Assembly: GCF_018977255.1 (NCBI RefSeq) | Contig: NW_024704742.1 | Span: forward strand, 27,220,001-27,284,000 | DNA from: Callorhinchus milii | Taxonomy: Eukaryota | Reading direction: 5' to 3' | Length of the DNA stretch: 64,000 nt | Part shown: piece by piece, positions 1 through 13,300 of the stretch | How positions within the stretch are numbered: the stretch's first letter is position 1 | How the letters are laid out: every line of letters starts with the position of its first letter | The notes under the pieces: generated by a model | Seen by the model: the letters and a program-made list of their open reading frames with translations, nothing else | Databases searched by the model: none | What the model was told of the DNA's origin: nothing | Made by a program: the position numbers and the translations under genes

Positions 1-455
1 CGCACCAAACTCCGTGACCCCATCTCCCCCACTCTCGCCCGACTCCATTGGCTCCCTATCCTTCAGAGGATCCAGTTCAAGATCCTGGTCCTCACCTACA
101 AAGCCCTCCATGGCCTCGCCCCACCCTACCTCTGCGACCTCCAAACCCCCTACCAACCCGCCTGTTCCCTTCGCTCAGCCTGGCTCTGGCCTTCTCCATG
201 TCCCCCGACCCACCCGACCCACCATTGGCGGGAGAGCCTTCAGCCACTCTGCCCCCAACCTCTGGAATTCCATCCCCCAAACACTCCGCCTCGACCCTCC
301 TTAGCCTTCTTCAAGTCCTGCCTCAAGACCCTCCTCTTCGACCATGCCATCGGCCACCCCCTTCCCCTCCCCTCCCTTCCCTTTTTCCCCCCCTGACCCC
401 AGCTCGGGTCTGAAATGACGTGAAAGGCGCTTTACAAATGTAATCTTGTTGTTAT
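1..455 (+). mobile_element. L2 LINE 3' fragment (extends left of window)
   Basis: Frame 1 reads [44 protein letters not shown]; tail gacgtgaaaggcgctttacaaatgtaatcttgttgtt. Confidence 0.95.
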
Positions 456-511
456 TACCTCTAGAAAGAGATCCGCCAATCGACCAACAACCAGGTTCCT
501 ACCCGGGTAAA
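452..511 (-). mobile_element. Internal fragment of long-form tRNA-Ala SINE
   Basis: Reverse complement matches the internal block at 28740-28805 (tttacc..taggaacc.ggttgtt.gtcgattggcggatc). Confidence 0.7.
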
Positions 512-1071
512 TGTTTCAACCCTCTAATGAAAGCTACCAGTAAATCTAATATAGCAATACAAACCTAAATCTAGTATGATGCTGGTGAAAAGAGGAACTG
601 CTACTTATAAAAATGTTATGAAGCGATCTACTTATCGCTACTTATCAAAGTTCCTGCAGGACCTTGAGGCACACTTCCAGTTACTGGCAGGAGTTGCTAT
701 TTATGAATTTCCATTAGCAGCTCTTGAGGTTAATCTCTGAATATCAGACACCAGTATCAACACCTCTTACCAGCATGTTCATGATCCGTTACCTGCCCCT
801 CCCTCAATGTATTTAGTGAGTTTCAGCATTTGACCCCTTCCCCATGCCTGAATTTCCTTGTATACCAGTGAATTGCACGTAGGTGATAAAGAAGCAGGTA
901 AAATGGGAAAACAAGACTTTCTTTTGGTACTCGCAATAATAATTGTGAAATAGTGAAGAATAGTGAAGTTTCAAGAATTTAAAATATTCATAACGCATGA
1001 TTGGTTCATAGCTTTTTTTTTGTTTTTATACTTCGTCTGGTGATACTTGGCTTCAGTCCTAGTTCTTTATT

Positions 1072-1524
1072 TGTTATAATAATAATCCTTGCATTTGATA
1101 ATGCGCCTTATCGTGGAGTCCTGTAGCTCAGTGGTTAGAGCACTCGCTTTGCAAGTGAGAGACCTGAGTTCAATTCCAGGCAGAGGGCGAAACCTTGGGC
1201 AAGTTTCCTTACTCCACACAGAGCCTAATAATAATCCCTCCAAAAAACCCAAAACAATAATAAATTGGTCATTTTCAATCTACGACTGTTTGTGGGACAT
1301 TGCTGTGCGCAATTGGCTGCCGCGTTCGCCCACAAATATACAGTCAATTCACTTTACAGTATATTCTGTGAAGCGCTTTGGGACGTCCTCCCGACGTGAA
1401 AAGCGCTATATCAAATGCAAGGATTATTACTATTATTATTATTATTATCATGACTTCGAGACGTCTCAAAGCGCTTCACAGAATATACTGTAATGTGAAT
1501 TGACTGTATATTTTTGTGGACGAA
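1072..1524 (-). mobile_element. SINE 3' tail fragment split by a younger SINE
   Basis: aataatccttgcatttgata..gcgccttatc (1072-1112) resumes as ttatcatgacttcgagacgtctcaaagcgcttcacag (1445-1524). Confidence 0.85.
1113..1448 (+). mobile_element. Full-length young short-form tRNA-Ala-derived SINE
   Basis: A box tagctcagtgg; anticodon arm ctcgc-tttgcaa-g(t/c)gag (TGC); B box gttcaattcc; L2-like tail and (TTA)n. Six near-identical copies in the window. Confidence 0.95.
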
Positions 1525-3211
1525 TCTGGTTGATTCCCACCCCTCGTTCTTCAGAAGTTTCAGAATAAGCATGGCACTCTTTCTCTGTAAAGGCAACATC
1601 ATCAATGCATGCACTCAGTGAGTTTTCATCGTGCAACAAACTTTTTTTCTTGTAAAATACCTCAACGCAATCGCTGCCTAGAAATTGCATCCCAAAGTGG
1701 CTTTGGCCGCTAATATCTAGTGTCTAAACCCTCCCCACCCACCGCAGTGGGAGATTCATTCCAGAGCCGTCATTACAAATTGACCTACTTGTGCTTACTC
1801 TGTATCAAGGCAAATATCTATATTGCAACAATCAAGGTGAATCTCCACAGATCTTTATTTTCTGAAAGTTTTATATCTGGTGATTCACTTCCCTGAAGAA
1901 ATTAATGCTTTATTTATACAGCCTGGAAGCAATGTGATTCACTTTCAGCAGTGAAAGCATTAGGGACAGCCAACAGCATTTATTTTTTTCACTCTACTCA
2001 CTATCACTGAGTGGCAAGCAGAATTTCGCATACGAATAACATAGTACAGTTCTCCAGCAATGCCAGCTGAACTGTCTTTTTTTGTAACATTAAAGAGCTA
2101 AAGGGCAGCTTAAAGGCCCACGACTAGCCTAGAGTGTGAATAAAGACTGGACCAATCTGCACTGCTTGCATTTATATTGCAGCAGTGCCAATCTTTTCGC
2201 TGGTGACGCCACCCTCTTAAAGGGACTTTGCTAGCTGCACAAGAAAGCAAATAGCTTTGTGATTGATAACCTACAATCCCATTTATACTGTATTTATAGC
2301 ACTATAAGCGCAGCATAACTTGGGCATAACTAAGTTGGGTACACTGCAAACTGCAATGCCTGTGGTTGGAATGTGCTTGATAAGTCAAATAGCCTGAACA
2401 CATTCGTTACTTTCTGATGTTTGCAATAACAGTAAGTAAATTTGAAATATTTAAAGGAATTTTGAACCCCTCTGGTTAAACAGACATGCAGAGAGCTGAG
2501 CTGTGGCATTTTAGAATTCAGTCCTTCCACAACCTTTAAAAAATATTCTTAACCAACCTTGCTTCATTTTTGTTTGCTAAAGCGGAGTGACATTTCAAAT
2601 GTTTTTCTTCTGCTGGCATTTCAAGAAAATGCATTTGTTCATAATTACATTCCTACAGGGTAGGAAGGACAAAAACAACACCGCCAATTGCTAAGACAGT
2701 GACAATACGGATGAGTGGTGGAGCAGTGATAAAATATCAGCGATCATATGTGACGAGACTTTTCACATCTTTCTTCCTTCATGCCCAGCTCTTGCTGTTG
2801 AAAAGCTTCAAACTGTAGCAATAAAAAAGTTCTGATTTAAATGTGTGTCAAAATATCACATTGATTGTAATAATTCTTGCATTTGATATAGCGCCTTTCA
2901 AGTGGGGAGAGCATCTCAAAGTGCTTCACATGTTACACTAAAAACGTAGTGACTGTGTATTTTGTTAGTGAACGTGGAAGTCAATGTGCGGACATAAATG
3001 TCTTGCAAACAACCATGAAGTCACTGGTCAATTTTATTATTGGCCAGGACACTGGAAGGAACTCTCTTGGTACCTCGATTACAATATTAAGGGTATTATA
3101 CAAAGTTTGCAAAGTAGTCCTGTTTGTCTAAAAAAGACATGGAGATACAGAAGACAAAGGGATTAGCCAATAATTCTTTGTTCTACCTTGCGTTCTGAAG
3201 AGGAAAAGGGC

Positions 3212-3392
3212 TAAGAGAGTGAGAGACTCAGAGAAAGAGAATCAGAAAGAGAGATTCAGAGGGTGAAAAATTCTCAAGAGACTCACAAAAAGAGAGAGAG
3301 AGGGAGTCGCTGAGAAAGAAGGGGACATAGAGAGAGAAAAAGAAAGAGGAGCCTGAGAGAAATCTAGTGAGAGGCAAAGGGAGAGAAGAGAA
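3212..3392. repeat. GA-rich degenerate simple repeat
   Basis: Purine-rich gagaga runs; a shorter (GA)n lies at about 17470-17515. Confidence 0.8.
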
Positions 3393-4289
3393 GGGCTGGC
3401 AAAGTGTTGTGTGGTCATTACCTTCTGATACACCTTCTGATGACAGAATTTTTTTGTTATTGTTGTTGCCAATTTGTGTTTTGTATGATGTCCAATTACT
3501 GTTTGCTTATCCACAATGGGCTGGTCCCCATTGGTGAAGATAACCAACTCTCTACTGTTATTACTGTATAAAGCAAGGTTCCTTAAACTGTATTCCCAAC
3601 ACAGCACAACTCAGAGTTCAGATTATAGAAAACACTTAAGATTCACTCTTGCAGTTGACGACATCGTCAGTTTGTTTCCATCTTACTCCATTATCCACTT
3701 TTGGAGTTGTTTCTATTTGTTTAAGATAAGATTATTATGATTACATTCCTAGCTTCTGAAAGATACTGATTAAATTGATATTTCCTCCTCTGGGAAATAT
3801 TGGATGTTGAATAATAACGTTACTTCCAGGAAAGGCTTTCATTCGAGTTAAATCTTATTCCTGCTACCTTGGTCTTAAACCACAGTACACTGGTGAGCTC
3901 TGTCTACTTTGTTGTGGGTAATATAATTATCATTATATATTAATATTTGATTTGATTTTAATACTTTGCATTCCTCTAGTGATACACAATCTGTCTGCAG
4001 AAATTGACTGAATGCATTACGAAGAGTAATGTTGCTCAAAATGCAGACACCTGTAAACTGTGTGACAGATCAGAAGTCACTTAAAGAGATTTGTGATTCC
4101 TTGACGACTTTTTTTGCTTTGATCTGTGGATGTGGATGTGGGTGTTGGGTGGGGTGAGTGCGTGGCTCACATCCAGGAAACAAAACTCGCACAACAGTTT
4201 TATCAACAATTTTTTTTCTTGTCCAGGCTTACTTGTGGGTAATCCTTCATCTTTATTGGAAGAAAATGCTTATCTCTCATCTACATTTA

Positions 4290-4612
4290 ATAATATAACA
4301 ATCCTTGCATTTGATATAGCGTCTTATCGTGTCATTGAGACTTCTAAAAGTGTTTCAGGATTTTATTGTGAATTGCACTGACTGTATATTTGTAACTGAA
4401 CCCTGCACATGGCAATGTCCCACAAACAGCCAGGAAGTGAATGACCAAATTTATTTGGGGGATTGGTGGCTAGGACACTGGTTCGTGCCATGGAATCTAT
4501 AATGTCCACTTGACGGCAGACAGGACCATGGTTTAACGTTTCATCCGAAAGAAGACAAATCCGACAATGAAGCACAATCCCAGCACTGCATTGGGGTGTC
4601 AACTTAGGCTGT
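4290..4612 (-). mobile_element. Deu-domain SINE fragment
   Basis: gtgccatggaatct..ggtttaacgtttcatccgaaag core plus tail. Confidence 0.8.
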
Positions 4613-5611
4613 CTACGTATGTTTGTCTTGCTGATGTGCCCCTGTGCTTTTTTAAGGTGGTTCTTGATCATCATGCACTGTTCTGAATTCCTTTCAAGCT
4701 GCTATCCATCTTACCAGTGCAGTTTGATTGGTTTTATTAAGTGGATTTATGGCCATGCATTTGCAGAATGCTTCCTTTCACGGACCATAGACATCAATCC
4801 CAAGAGAACCTGGGCAAAGACTTCATTACTTAACCCGAGACCATTAACCAGCAAAAGGCATATGGTGAAAGCAGCTGCCAGTTACACATCATAAATTAGC
4901 ATTTTACCACTCAAGAATGCCAATCTGTAATGTGGGACTTTTAACTGGTCAACTGATACTGACAAGTTTATTGAAATCCGGTGAAAGGGCTGATAAGAAG
5001 ACACCCCTGGGCAGTAAGTGGAAAGATCTTGGAGGAATTTTCACACTGTGCTGCAGAGAGATAATCCAGAAACTGTTTAGTCAGGTACCACTCTCTCTCT
5101 CTTTCTCTCTCTCTGAATACAATACATTCATTTAAAGTCGTATTTCAGCTGCAGTGCTCCCAAAATTACAGTGTATTGTTCACTACTTTCAGTATTAAAC
5201 TAGTCAATGTGGGTTTGTGGAGAGAGAGAATCATTCATTTGGCTCACATGCAGAAGTACTAATGCAAGTTATTGCTGTTATTTTCTATGGTCAGCAATGA
5301 AGGGGCCTTCCACAATCTGCTGTTCAAAAATACCAAATATAGATTTGCAGAATGTCAAGCTCAAATAGAAATGGCAGCCAAGTAATGTTCACATCCAGTT
5401 GGAAGACATGCTACCACATTTGTGCAGCATTGAGCTCAAAACGAAGCTCCAAACTGAAGGTGCTATCGGCAAAATTCCTTTTCTCTCACATCTCTGACAT
5501 TATTGTATAAGTAGCACAACAGTGAAGATGCCCTTGTGCGTGTTCAAAACCGTTAGTGGTTTATCTTCCAGATTTCCAATTCTCTAATAAGGATAGCTTA
5601 GGCTAGGAGAT

Positions 5612-5975
5612 AACAATAATATAATAATCCTTGCAATTATATTGCGGCTTATCATGTCAAAAATATGTCTTAAAGCGCTTCACAGGATTTAGGGTAAAGT
5701 GTGTAGTGACTGTGTATTTGTAAGCTGCCAATTTGCACATAGAATGTTCCACAAACAACCAGGAAGTGAACAGCCAATTTTATCTGGGGCTTTGTTGGCT
5801 GGACACCAGGAGAAACTCAGAAAAAATGTCAAACAAAATTGTGGGATCTTTACCATCCACCTGAACAGGCAGACTAGACTTTGATTTAACATCATAATGC
5901 ACCTCTGACAATGTGGCACACCCCAACACTCTTGCTCCTAGAGTGTAAACCAATTGAGCCACACTGACACCTATA
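5612..5975 (-). mobile_element. Deu-domain SINE, diverged
   Basis: Tail, gggatctttaccatccacctgaacaggcagac core, head remnant caattgagccacactgacac. Confidence 0.78.
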
Positions 5976-7578
5976 CTTGAGATCCTCTTGAATATCAAAT
6001 GACTTTGCTTGATTGGAACTCTTTTCCGATTCTGCTGGAGTAATTTGGTGGTGGAGGCATCCAAAGTCAACATGCTGCTTGTGCAATGACTTCAGACATT
6101 CTTGCACACATGCAAAGCACGGTCTGATCGCTGTGGCGCTGACGATTTTCATTACGGAGACAGATCTCGGTGAGGAGGCAACGGGACTCTGCGGCTCTCA
6201 ATGATCGATCTCGTTTCCATACGCCTTTTTAGCTTCAGTTTAAAGAAAAGAGGAGAGAAAATGAAATGGCAGCAGGAACTGTAAAGCAAATGACATACCT
6301 CAAGAGGAATTATTCGAATGTGCATTAATGATGAGTTGTAAACTGCACAGAGCTGTAATGAATGGTTGAGGCATTAAAATCTTTGGATACCTACCAGACA
6401 GTGGAAATAATGTGACTAATGTGGGCACATTAAATGTTTGAGTAATGCTATTTGCCAGCAGCAAACATGACACAGACATGTGTAGGCTGTCGTGCAGTGG
6501 AAAAATATGTTCCATTTCCCACCACCATCACCTTAATAGTTCAATAAGTAAAATAAAATGAAGCAGAGTTTTTCTCCTGCATCATTTCAGAGCAAATTCA
6601 TAGACTGACTGCCGAGCTGCGACTCCTGTGATCTGTTCGAATTGGAGATGTTTATTTTATTCAGTAAAAGGGCCTGACATTTTCAGGGTCCATTGAATGG
6701 TAACTCACACGAGTAACGGCAGATACTAATGGGACTGCGTTGCCCTTAAAAATCAATTGAAATGTACCAGGTAGATAAAATATGAATTGGATGGGACTTG
6801 TCTCCTTTGCAATGTGCCACTCAGGTCCTTAACCCAGTTATTCGTGATCTGTGTGAAAAGATGTAGAAGTCACCTCCGTGACTGTTCTGCAAATGATTGC
6901 GCTGCTAATCTGCTGGAGTGTGTACGTTTTTCCCCCTGGTGATTTTCCTGCCAGTCACTTAAATGTTTCTTTGTACTGACAAAACCCACAGTCTGCCTGC
7001 GGTGTCGGGATGGGACAATAGATGATCACGTCTTGTACACCGGGGCGGATAAACATTGTCAAGACTCTTATGTGACAATTCAGTGAGAGGAAGGCAACCC
7101 TCTCAAAATGAGAGCTGATCAAAGCCAGTACAGCAGTACCTTTTCGCCATCTGTTACATTTGCCATCACCAGAGTGCTGTCAATCTGGAATTTGGGTGTT
7201 TGTTTAAAACATCTTTGATTTTTTAATCCCTGTTGGATACTCATTGGCAGTCACGCCCGTGTCATTACTGTTGTGCATTGTGAGAACCCCACTTGCCCTG
7301 CCTGCCGTTGTATGTGTAACGCAGGGTGTTTGGGCTTTGTCGGAGGAGACAATGTATGAGATTCCGGTGGAAAAGGAGATCTGGCAGCAGTACGTATGTC
7401 AATCACCCGCTGCTTAGTGTCTTGTCTTGATGACAGTGGGTGAAACCAGGACCCTCGCCACATGTGGATTGGAAGGATTGCTCTTTCCTAGAGTCAGCAC
7501 AGACACGATGGGCCGAAGTGGTGTAAATTTCTGTGGTTCTGTGATGGGGATAGTCCATTTCCCCTGGTAGGTCAAGGA

Positions 7579-7886
7579 CTTGGACAAGTTTCCTTACTCC
7601 ACACGTCCCTGTTTACCTGGCAGTGAGACGGAGCTCAGTTGTTGGTCGATTGTATTTCCAGGGGTAATAATCTCTTCCAAAAAATAAATTAATTAAATCA
7701 ATTATTTTGATCATTGAGTCCACAACTGTTTGTGGGACATTCCTGTGCACAATCGGCTGCTGCGTTTCACCCACAAAATATACAGTCAATTCACATTGTA
7801 GTGTGTTCTGTGAAGCGCTTTGAGACATCTCAACCACGTGGTAAGGCGCTATATGAAATACAAGGATTATTATGAATATTATTATT
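7579..7886 (+). mobile_element. Long-form tRNA-Ala SINE, head truncated
   Basis: caagtttccttactccacacg + ctgtttacctggcagt block + shared 3' body and tail. Confidence 0.85.
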
Positions 7887-8271
7887 TGGGAATTAGGATT
7901 GACAGTCCATTAGGGAGAGCAGCGAGAGCTAAGCTGTGCCATGGTTCACAGCTAAACTGAACCAGAACTTGGACAGGGCTGGAATAGTAAATGAATCACA
8001 AAGCTTGTTTAGCATTGAGGAATGAGAGCCAAGCCAGGCTCCATTCTGTGTGCAAGATACACTCACCGAGGATACCTGTGACAGATGTCTGCTGAGAACA
8101 ATCATTCACGTTGGCTTGCTTGAGGCTGTGGGGCTGCCTTTCACAGTAAGATGAAGCCTCAAATGTTAAATACAAAGCTAATTATTAAGTGTGAAATGTA
8201 CAGGCGAGAGTGATTAACATTAAAACAGATTCCCCAAGGAGAGATGAGAGCTCCTGAGAGAGAGTTACTTG

Positions 8272-8305
<34 letters not shown>

Positions 8306-8309
8306 GTGT
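8272..8309. repeat. (TG)n microsatellite
   Basis: Visible directly. Confidence 0.95.
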
Positions 8310-9118
8310 TAGGCGGAGAGTGGGAGGAGACCTCTTGCACTGTTTGCTCAGGAATGATGCATCAGTCAAGAGAAATTAGAAATACTGTAATATAGTATCA
8401 CAGGCAATATGGTGACTCAGTGCATTGGAGGAACAGTGTATAGTACAACTGCTGTGGGACACATATTCAGTTCCCCACCTGAGCATTGAGCTTTTGATGT
8501 TAGGGGAGGCATCATGTGAAAGCCAGTCACATGATACCTCCTCTAAGACCAGGAGTAGCGGAGAAGGAAAATCAGAAGATAAGTCACTCCATTATGGAGT
8601 TCTTGCATAACATCTATTGGAAAAATCAGACATCACTGGTGTAAGCCTGGAGGTGGTCCGGCTGCCTAAGCTTCTGGGCACAGAACACGAGGAAAGAAAC
8701 TGCAACACAACTGCTGTACAATGAACTTCAAAGAGTTGAGGTGGTTCTTAATTCCTTTCTAAAAGTTACAGTGATGTCCTTTAATTTTTCAGTGTTTCTA
8801 GCTGACACCGACCGGAGTCTAATTTGTGAGATTTGAAGAACAAATTGTTAACGGAAAATCTGTCAAATACCCGATGAGTCTCTTGGGTGACGAGCCCAGT
8901 TTCAGTGTCTGTGAAGCTGGATTTTATCACAGGACACTCTTGGTGCTCGATAGGAGATTAACATCTGAACGGGATTGACCTGGGCATCAAGGGAAAGACG
9001 TAGATATGGATTTTGTTTTAAAATTGGCTCAAGGGAAGAAAGCAGAGGATCTTTGTCCGGGGAGTTAAGTCAATATGAATTATGTAGGTACCTCAAGGAT
9101 CTGTACTGGAAGCTCTCC

Positions 9119-9245
9119 TGCTCTCCCTCCCCGCCCTCCACTCTCCCCGATCCCGACCCCCAGCTCGGGTCCGAAACACTGATTGTCCTGCGTCCTCCCG
9201 ACCTGAAAGGCACTACACAAATTTAATTTTGTTGTCGTCGCTGTT
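9119..9245 (+). mobile_element. L2 3' UTR/tail fragment
   Basis: cccagctcgggtccg..cgtcctcccgacctgaaaggcac..ttgttgtc. Confidence 0.85.
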
Positions 9246-11767
9246 CTTTCTTGTGTATATTGTGAAGAGAGAATAACAGAATTTATAATGAAGTTTGAGC
9301 AAAGCCACACATAATCCAAGGATATTTCCAAGCCAAGGATACAGTTCCAAGCAAAGGCGGGTAAATGGAGTTGAGGTACAGATCAGCCACGATTTAATAG
9401 AAAGGCAGAACAGGCTCAGGGGCTGAATGGCCTACTCTTGTTCCTATGTTCCTAATCCCCGTTTACTCCTGCATCCTGATTTAAGCACAAATGTTCCCAA
9501 TTATTTAGTAATGCTTAGCACATTGACTACACTCAATCCATTCTCAGATGTCATACGAGATAGCAGCAGATTTAGAAGTCTGATCATTTTTGTGTAAAAT
9601 ATCTATTTGTGTTCAGCATCTAACTCAAGCTTTGAATTAATGATAGTGGCATATGGACAGTAGTGTAAACATGTGGAAGCTGTCGATTTCATCTGCAGTT
9701 TACAGAAATCCCGATTTAAGCATTTTCTTTTGCAAACTATTTATGCATTTATCTGGATTCAGCTGAAATTCAAATTAATTCCATTGCGCCAATGTTGATA
9801 TTATCTGGAGTAATGAAGCAAAAATATCCTTAATAAATACGAGCAAGTAATTAGAATACAGTTAATTGCATGCAATGGGAAGTATAGCACAGGAACAGCT
9901 TGCAGCCCTACATGAGATAATATTGATACACAATAATGTAATTAGTTACCTTGGTTAAGAATATCATGTATTACAAATATCCAAATGCTCTTCCTAATTT
10001 TGAAAGGTACAGCACAGCACCAGATGGAGGAAGCACAAACAAAGAAGATTGGAGTTGAAAGTGGTAAACTGAGGTATCCCCTTTCTTCATTCTCAACAGG
10101 AGCTCAGTTAAACAGACTGTGCAGGGCTCACTGTCGCAACAACAGGATTGCGATTGTGCCCACAAAATACACAATCACTAGTCTTTAAAGTGCAGCGCTT
10201 TGAGATATGCAAATTATTGAATAAAAATCTTGAATGGAAGAATCGCTGTATCAATGAAACCATGTTGAAACTATCCTTAACAACAGTAGCCTTGGAAAAT
10301 TGTGCTGGCTTTAGAAAATCCTAAATTAAAATGTTTAAATGAACACATTGTGGTGGAACTGGGGAAATTAGTGCTTTGAATAGAAAGTACTAATCCTTTT
10401 ATGGATATCCACTCCTTTTTTCCCCACACGTCGAGCTCCCAAATCAGGCGTGTTACAATGGTAAGGTGCTGAACACGCCTGATTTGGCCTTTCTGTATAG
10501 AGAGTGAAGAATCAGAGAGATAGTCCCTCTGTTTCCCTTTCCTTCCCTTATCTCTTCCCCACCCCCTATTAGAAAACCTCTGAGTGGAACTAATGTAGTA
10601 GTGCAGGATTGACATGAACCTTGGAGCAGGTTGCATACCAGCACTCTTGGCTGGAGCATGCTACATGGCTTGGGGAGCTCTAGGGAGTAAGTCAAGGAAA
10701 AGACTCATATGGCTGTGACGTATATCTTTGCAATGCTACATGGTTGTGGGAGTAGAAGCACTGTGCTGCTATCTGATGCGCCAGACCCTGTGTCCCTATG
10801 GTAGAGCCCAGACAAGTCTCCTTTAAATATCTACACAGCACTTTGAAACCCACGCTTTCATTGCAGAAAAAAACACTCCTCCATACACTCAGCAAAACCT
10901 GCCTGGTGATGGTTGACAGCAGCAAATGGCATGGATCTCCCCAAAGTGTTACAGAAATGATAGCGATGCAGTTCCCCATTACACATTGCATGCTTCCTCA
11001 GCGTCTAGACTTCCGCAGAGCAGAGCTAAACTTGTAAAATGTCAGCCTGCCTGTGGCTGGAGAGAGCAGCTGTTCAACACAGGATTATTCATGGGGATAG
11101 TTTACAAAAAAACACAACCTGTGGGAGATATAAGTGGTAAATTCATTGCACTGGAAGAGCTTCTCACTTTGATGCTCTCCTTTAAATGATTTATGGGGGG
11201 GAGGGGGGGGGGCGCGGGGGAAGAGTCAGATTCTTCTCCCTGCTGATTTAAGCCATCTTTAATTCTGATGGCATCCTTAACAAGATTCTCGTTTCCCCTA
11301 GCAGCGCTCTTTATTAATAATGCCTCTTCCTCCAGAAGATTCATAAATGTTACTTCAACTTGTGGATAAAGGGATTAAGGGATATGGGGATAAGGTGGGT
11401 AGGTGGAGTTAGAATAGATCAGCCATGATTTATTGAATGGCGGGGCAGGCTAGAGGGGTCGAATGGCTTACTCCTGCTCCTAATTCTTATGTTCTTATTG
11501 GGTTGAAATTCGTGGCATAAGTGTAACCATTACTTTGCAGAGGGCTAAGTTGCACCTGGTGCTCTTTTATTCCTCTGGTCCTGTTATTGTTAACAGATCC
11601 ACGCTGAGGGTATCTCGACTTGGCAGAAAATAAATAATTTCCCGGATATAAAGATTGGGCTGGCAGCCACTTCCAGTGTGCATTTGTAATAATGCATAAA
11701 CATAATGTGGTGCAATCACAGAGTTTGTAGCTTTACGGTTAGTGCATTGTGTAATGAGGGTTGGAGA

Positions 11768-12712
11768 AAATCACTTCATGCCCTAGCATCTCCCTACCTC
11801 TCCAACCTGCTTACACCCCACCTCTACACTCCCACCACCTCTCTTTGCTGTACAGCTCTGGCTTTCCGTACCCCCTCAACCCTCTGCTCCACCATTCCGC
11901 CAATACCTCTCCCCAAAAGTCGCTGAAACCCTGGTCCATGCCTTTGTCACCTCTCAGCTGGACTACTCTAATGCCCTCCTCGCCGGTCTCCCATCCACTA
12001 CCATCCATAAAATCCAAATCATTCAAAACTCTGCCGCCCGCATTCACACCCGCACGAAACCCCGCTCTCCGATCACCCCAGTCCTTGCCAGACTGCACTG
12101 GCTGTCTGTCCCAGAAAGGATCGATTTCAAGATCCTCACCCTTGAATTCAAATCCCTGCACCCCCCTTCCTCTCTGACCTCCTCTCTCCTCAAAACAGTA
12201 CCCGTTGCCTTCGTTCCTCTGGGTCTGGCCTCCTCCTCGTCCCTCGAGTCCTCCGCTCCACCTTCGGTGGCCGTGCCTTCAGCCACTATGCCCCGAGGCT
12301 CTGGAACTGCCTTCCTCACTCCCTTCGTCTCACTCCCTCCCTTCCCATTTTCAGGTTCCTGCTGAAGACCTTTTTTTTCAACCTCGCCTTTGGTCACCTT
12401 TCTCCCCCTCCCCCTGGCTCGGTCCCGGGATTCTGGCGTGGAGGGCGCTATATAAATCCAAGTCATCGTTGTTGTTGTTGTAGTGGCTATGCTTTCAGCC
12501 ACCAAGCCCCAAAACTCTGAAACTTCCTGCCTCAATCACTCCACCTTGCCCTGTCTTTCCACTTCTTCAAATAACACCTGAAGATCTTCCACTTCGACTG
12601 TGTGGTCACCTCTCCTCTCCGTCTGGCTCGGCATCAAGCTCCAACATTGTTAAGCGCTCTGCGACTCTATCCCGCATGAAGTGCTCTATATTAATGCAAG
12701 TTGTTGTTGTTG
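11768..12712 (+). mobile_element. Old L2 3' fragment with a second L2 fragment (about 11862-12481) nested inside
   Basis: Outer piece KSLHALASPYLSNLL resumes at 12482 (gtggctatgctttcagcc) to its own (TTG)n tail. Inner piece encodes [23 protein letters not shown] and has a tail at about 12445-12481. Confidence 0.85.
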
Positions 12713-12989
12713 TATTCTTTTTGGATTATTTTTTATTGCTATGCAAATGCTGTCAGATGTTAGCAAGAATAACTTGAACCACATCAATTATAGTCTGGTC
12801 CAAGTATGACTGATACTCCTGGTGGAGCAAGTCATGTCACTGCTGTTTTCAGAATGTGTAACGTGACTTAGGTTAAATGGATGTTTCCACTCCCAAATGG
12901 AGTTTATGCTTTGTGCACTCATTTACTGTTTCAATCATTCAGTCCATGTTAGTGCTGCCAGAGCTGTCTGGAGCAGCCTTGACTGCAAT

Positions 12990-13300
12990 GTCCCTCAGCT
13001 CTGCAAGCTTCGGTCTGCTCCAGTCCCCCGCCCTGCCCACCCCACCATCAGCTGTCAGGCTTTCAGCTTCTCTGCACCCACTCTTTGGAACGTCCCTTCG
13101 TCTTGCTCCCTCTCTTGCCTCCTTCAAAGCACGTCTCAAGACACTCCTCTTCGGCTGAGCATTCGGCCATCCTATTACCATTACCCTCCACCCCCCCTGA
13201 TCCTAACCCTCTGGTCGGGTCCAAATCCCTGACTCTCCAGCTCCTTGGCACGTCCTCCAGACGTGAAAGGCCCTATACAAATGTAATTTGTTGTTGTTGT
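12990..13300 (+). mobile_element. L2 3' fragment
   Basis: AFSFSAPTLWN..SLASFKARLKTLLF plus tail. Confidence 0.9.

Noticed and set aside
1113..1185. tRNA-Ala(TGC) gene
   Set aside because: A/B boxes and anticodon arm are present, but there is no proper acceptor stem and it runs into a SINE body repeated many times. It is a SINE head.
1089..1493. Recurrent peptide '[33 protein letters not shown]' in many ORFs, suggesting a gene family
   Set aside because: It is the translation of the SINE body and (TTA)n tail.
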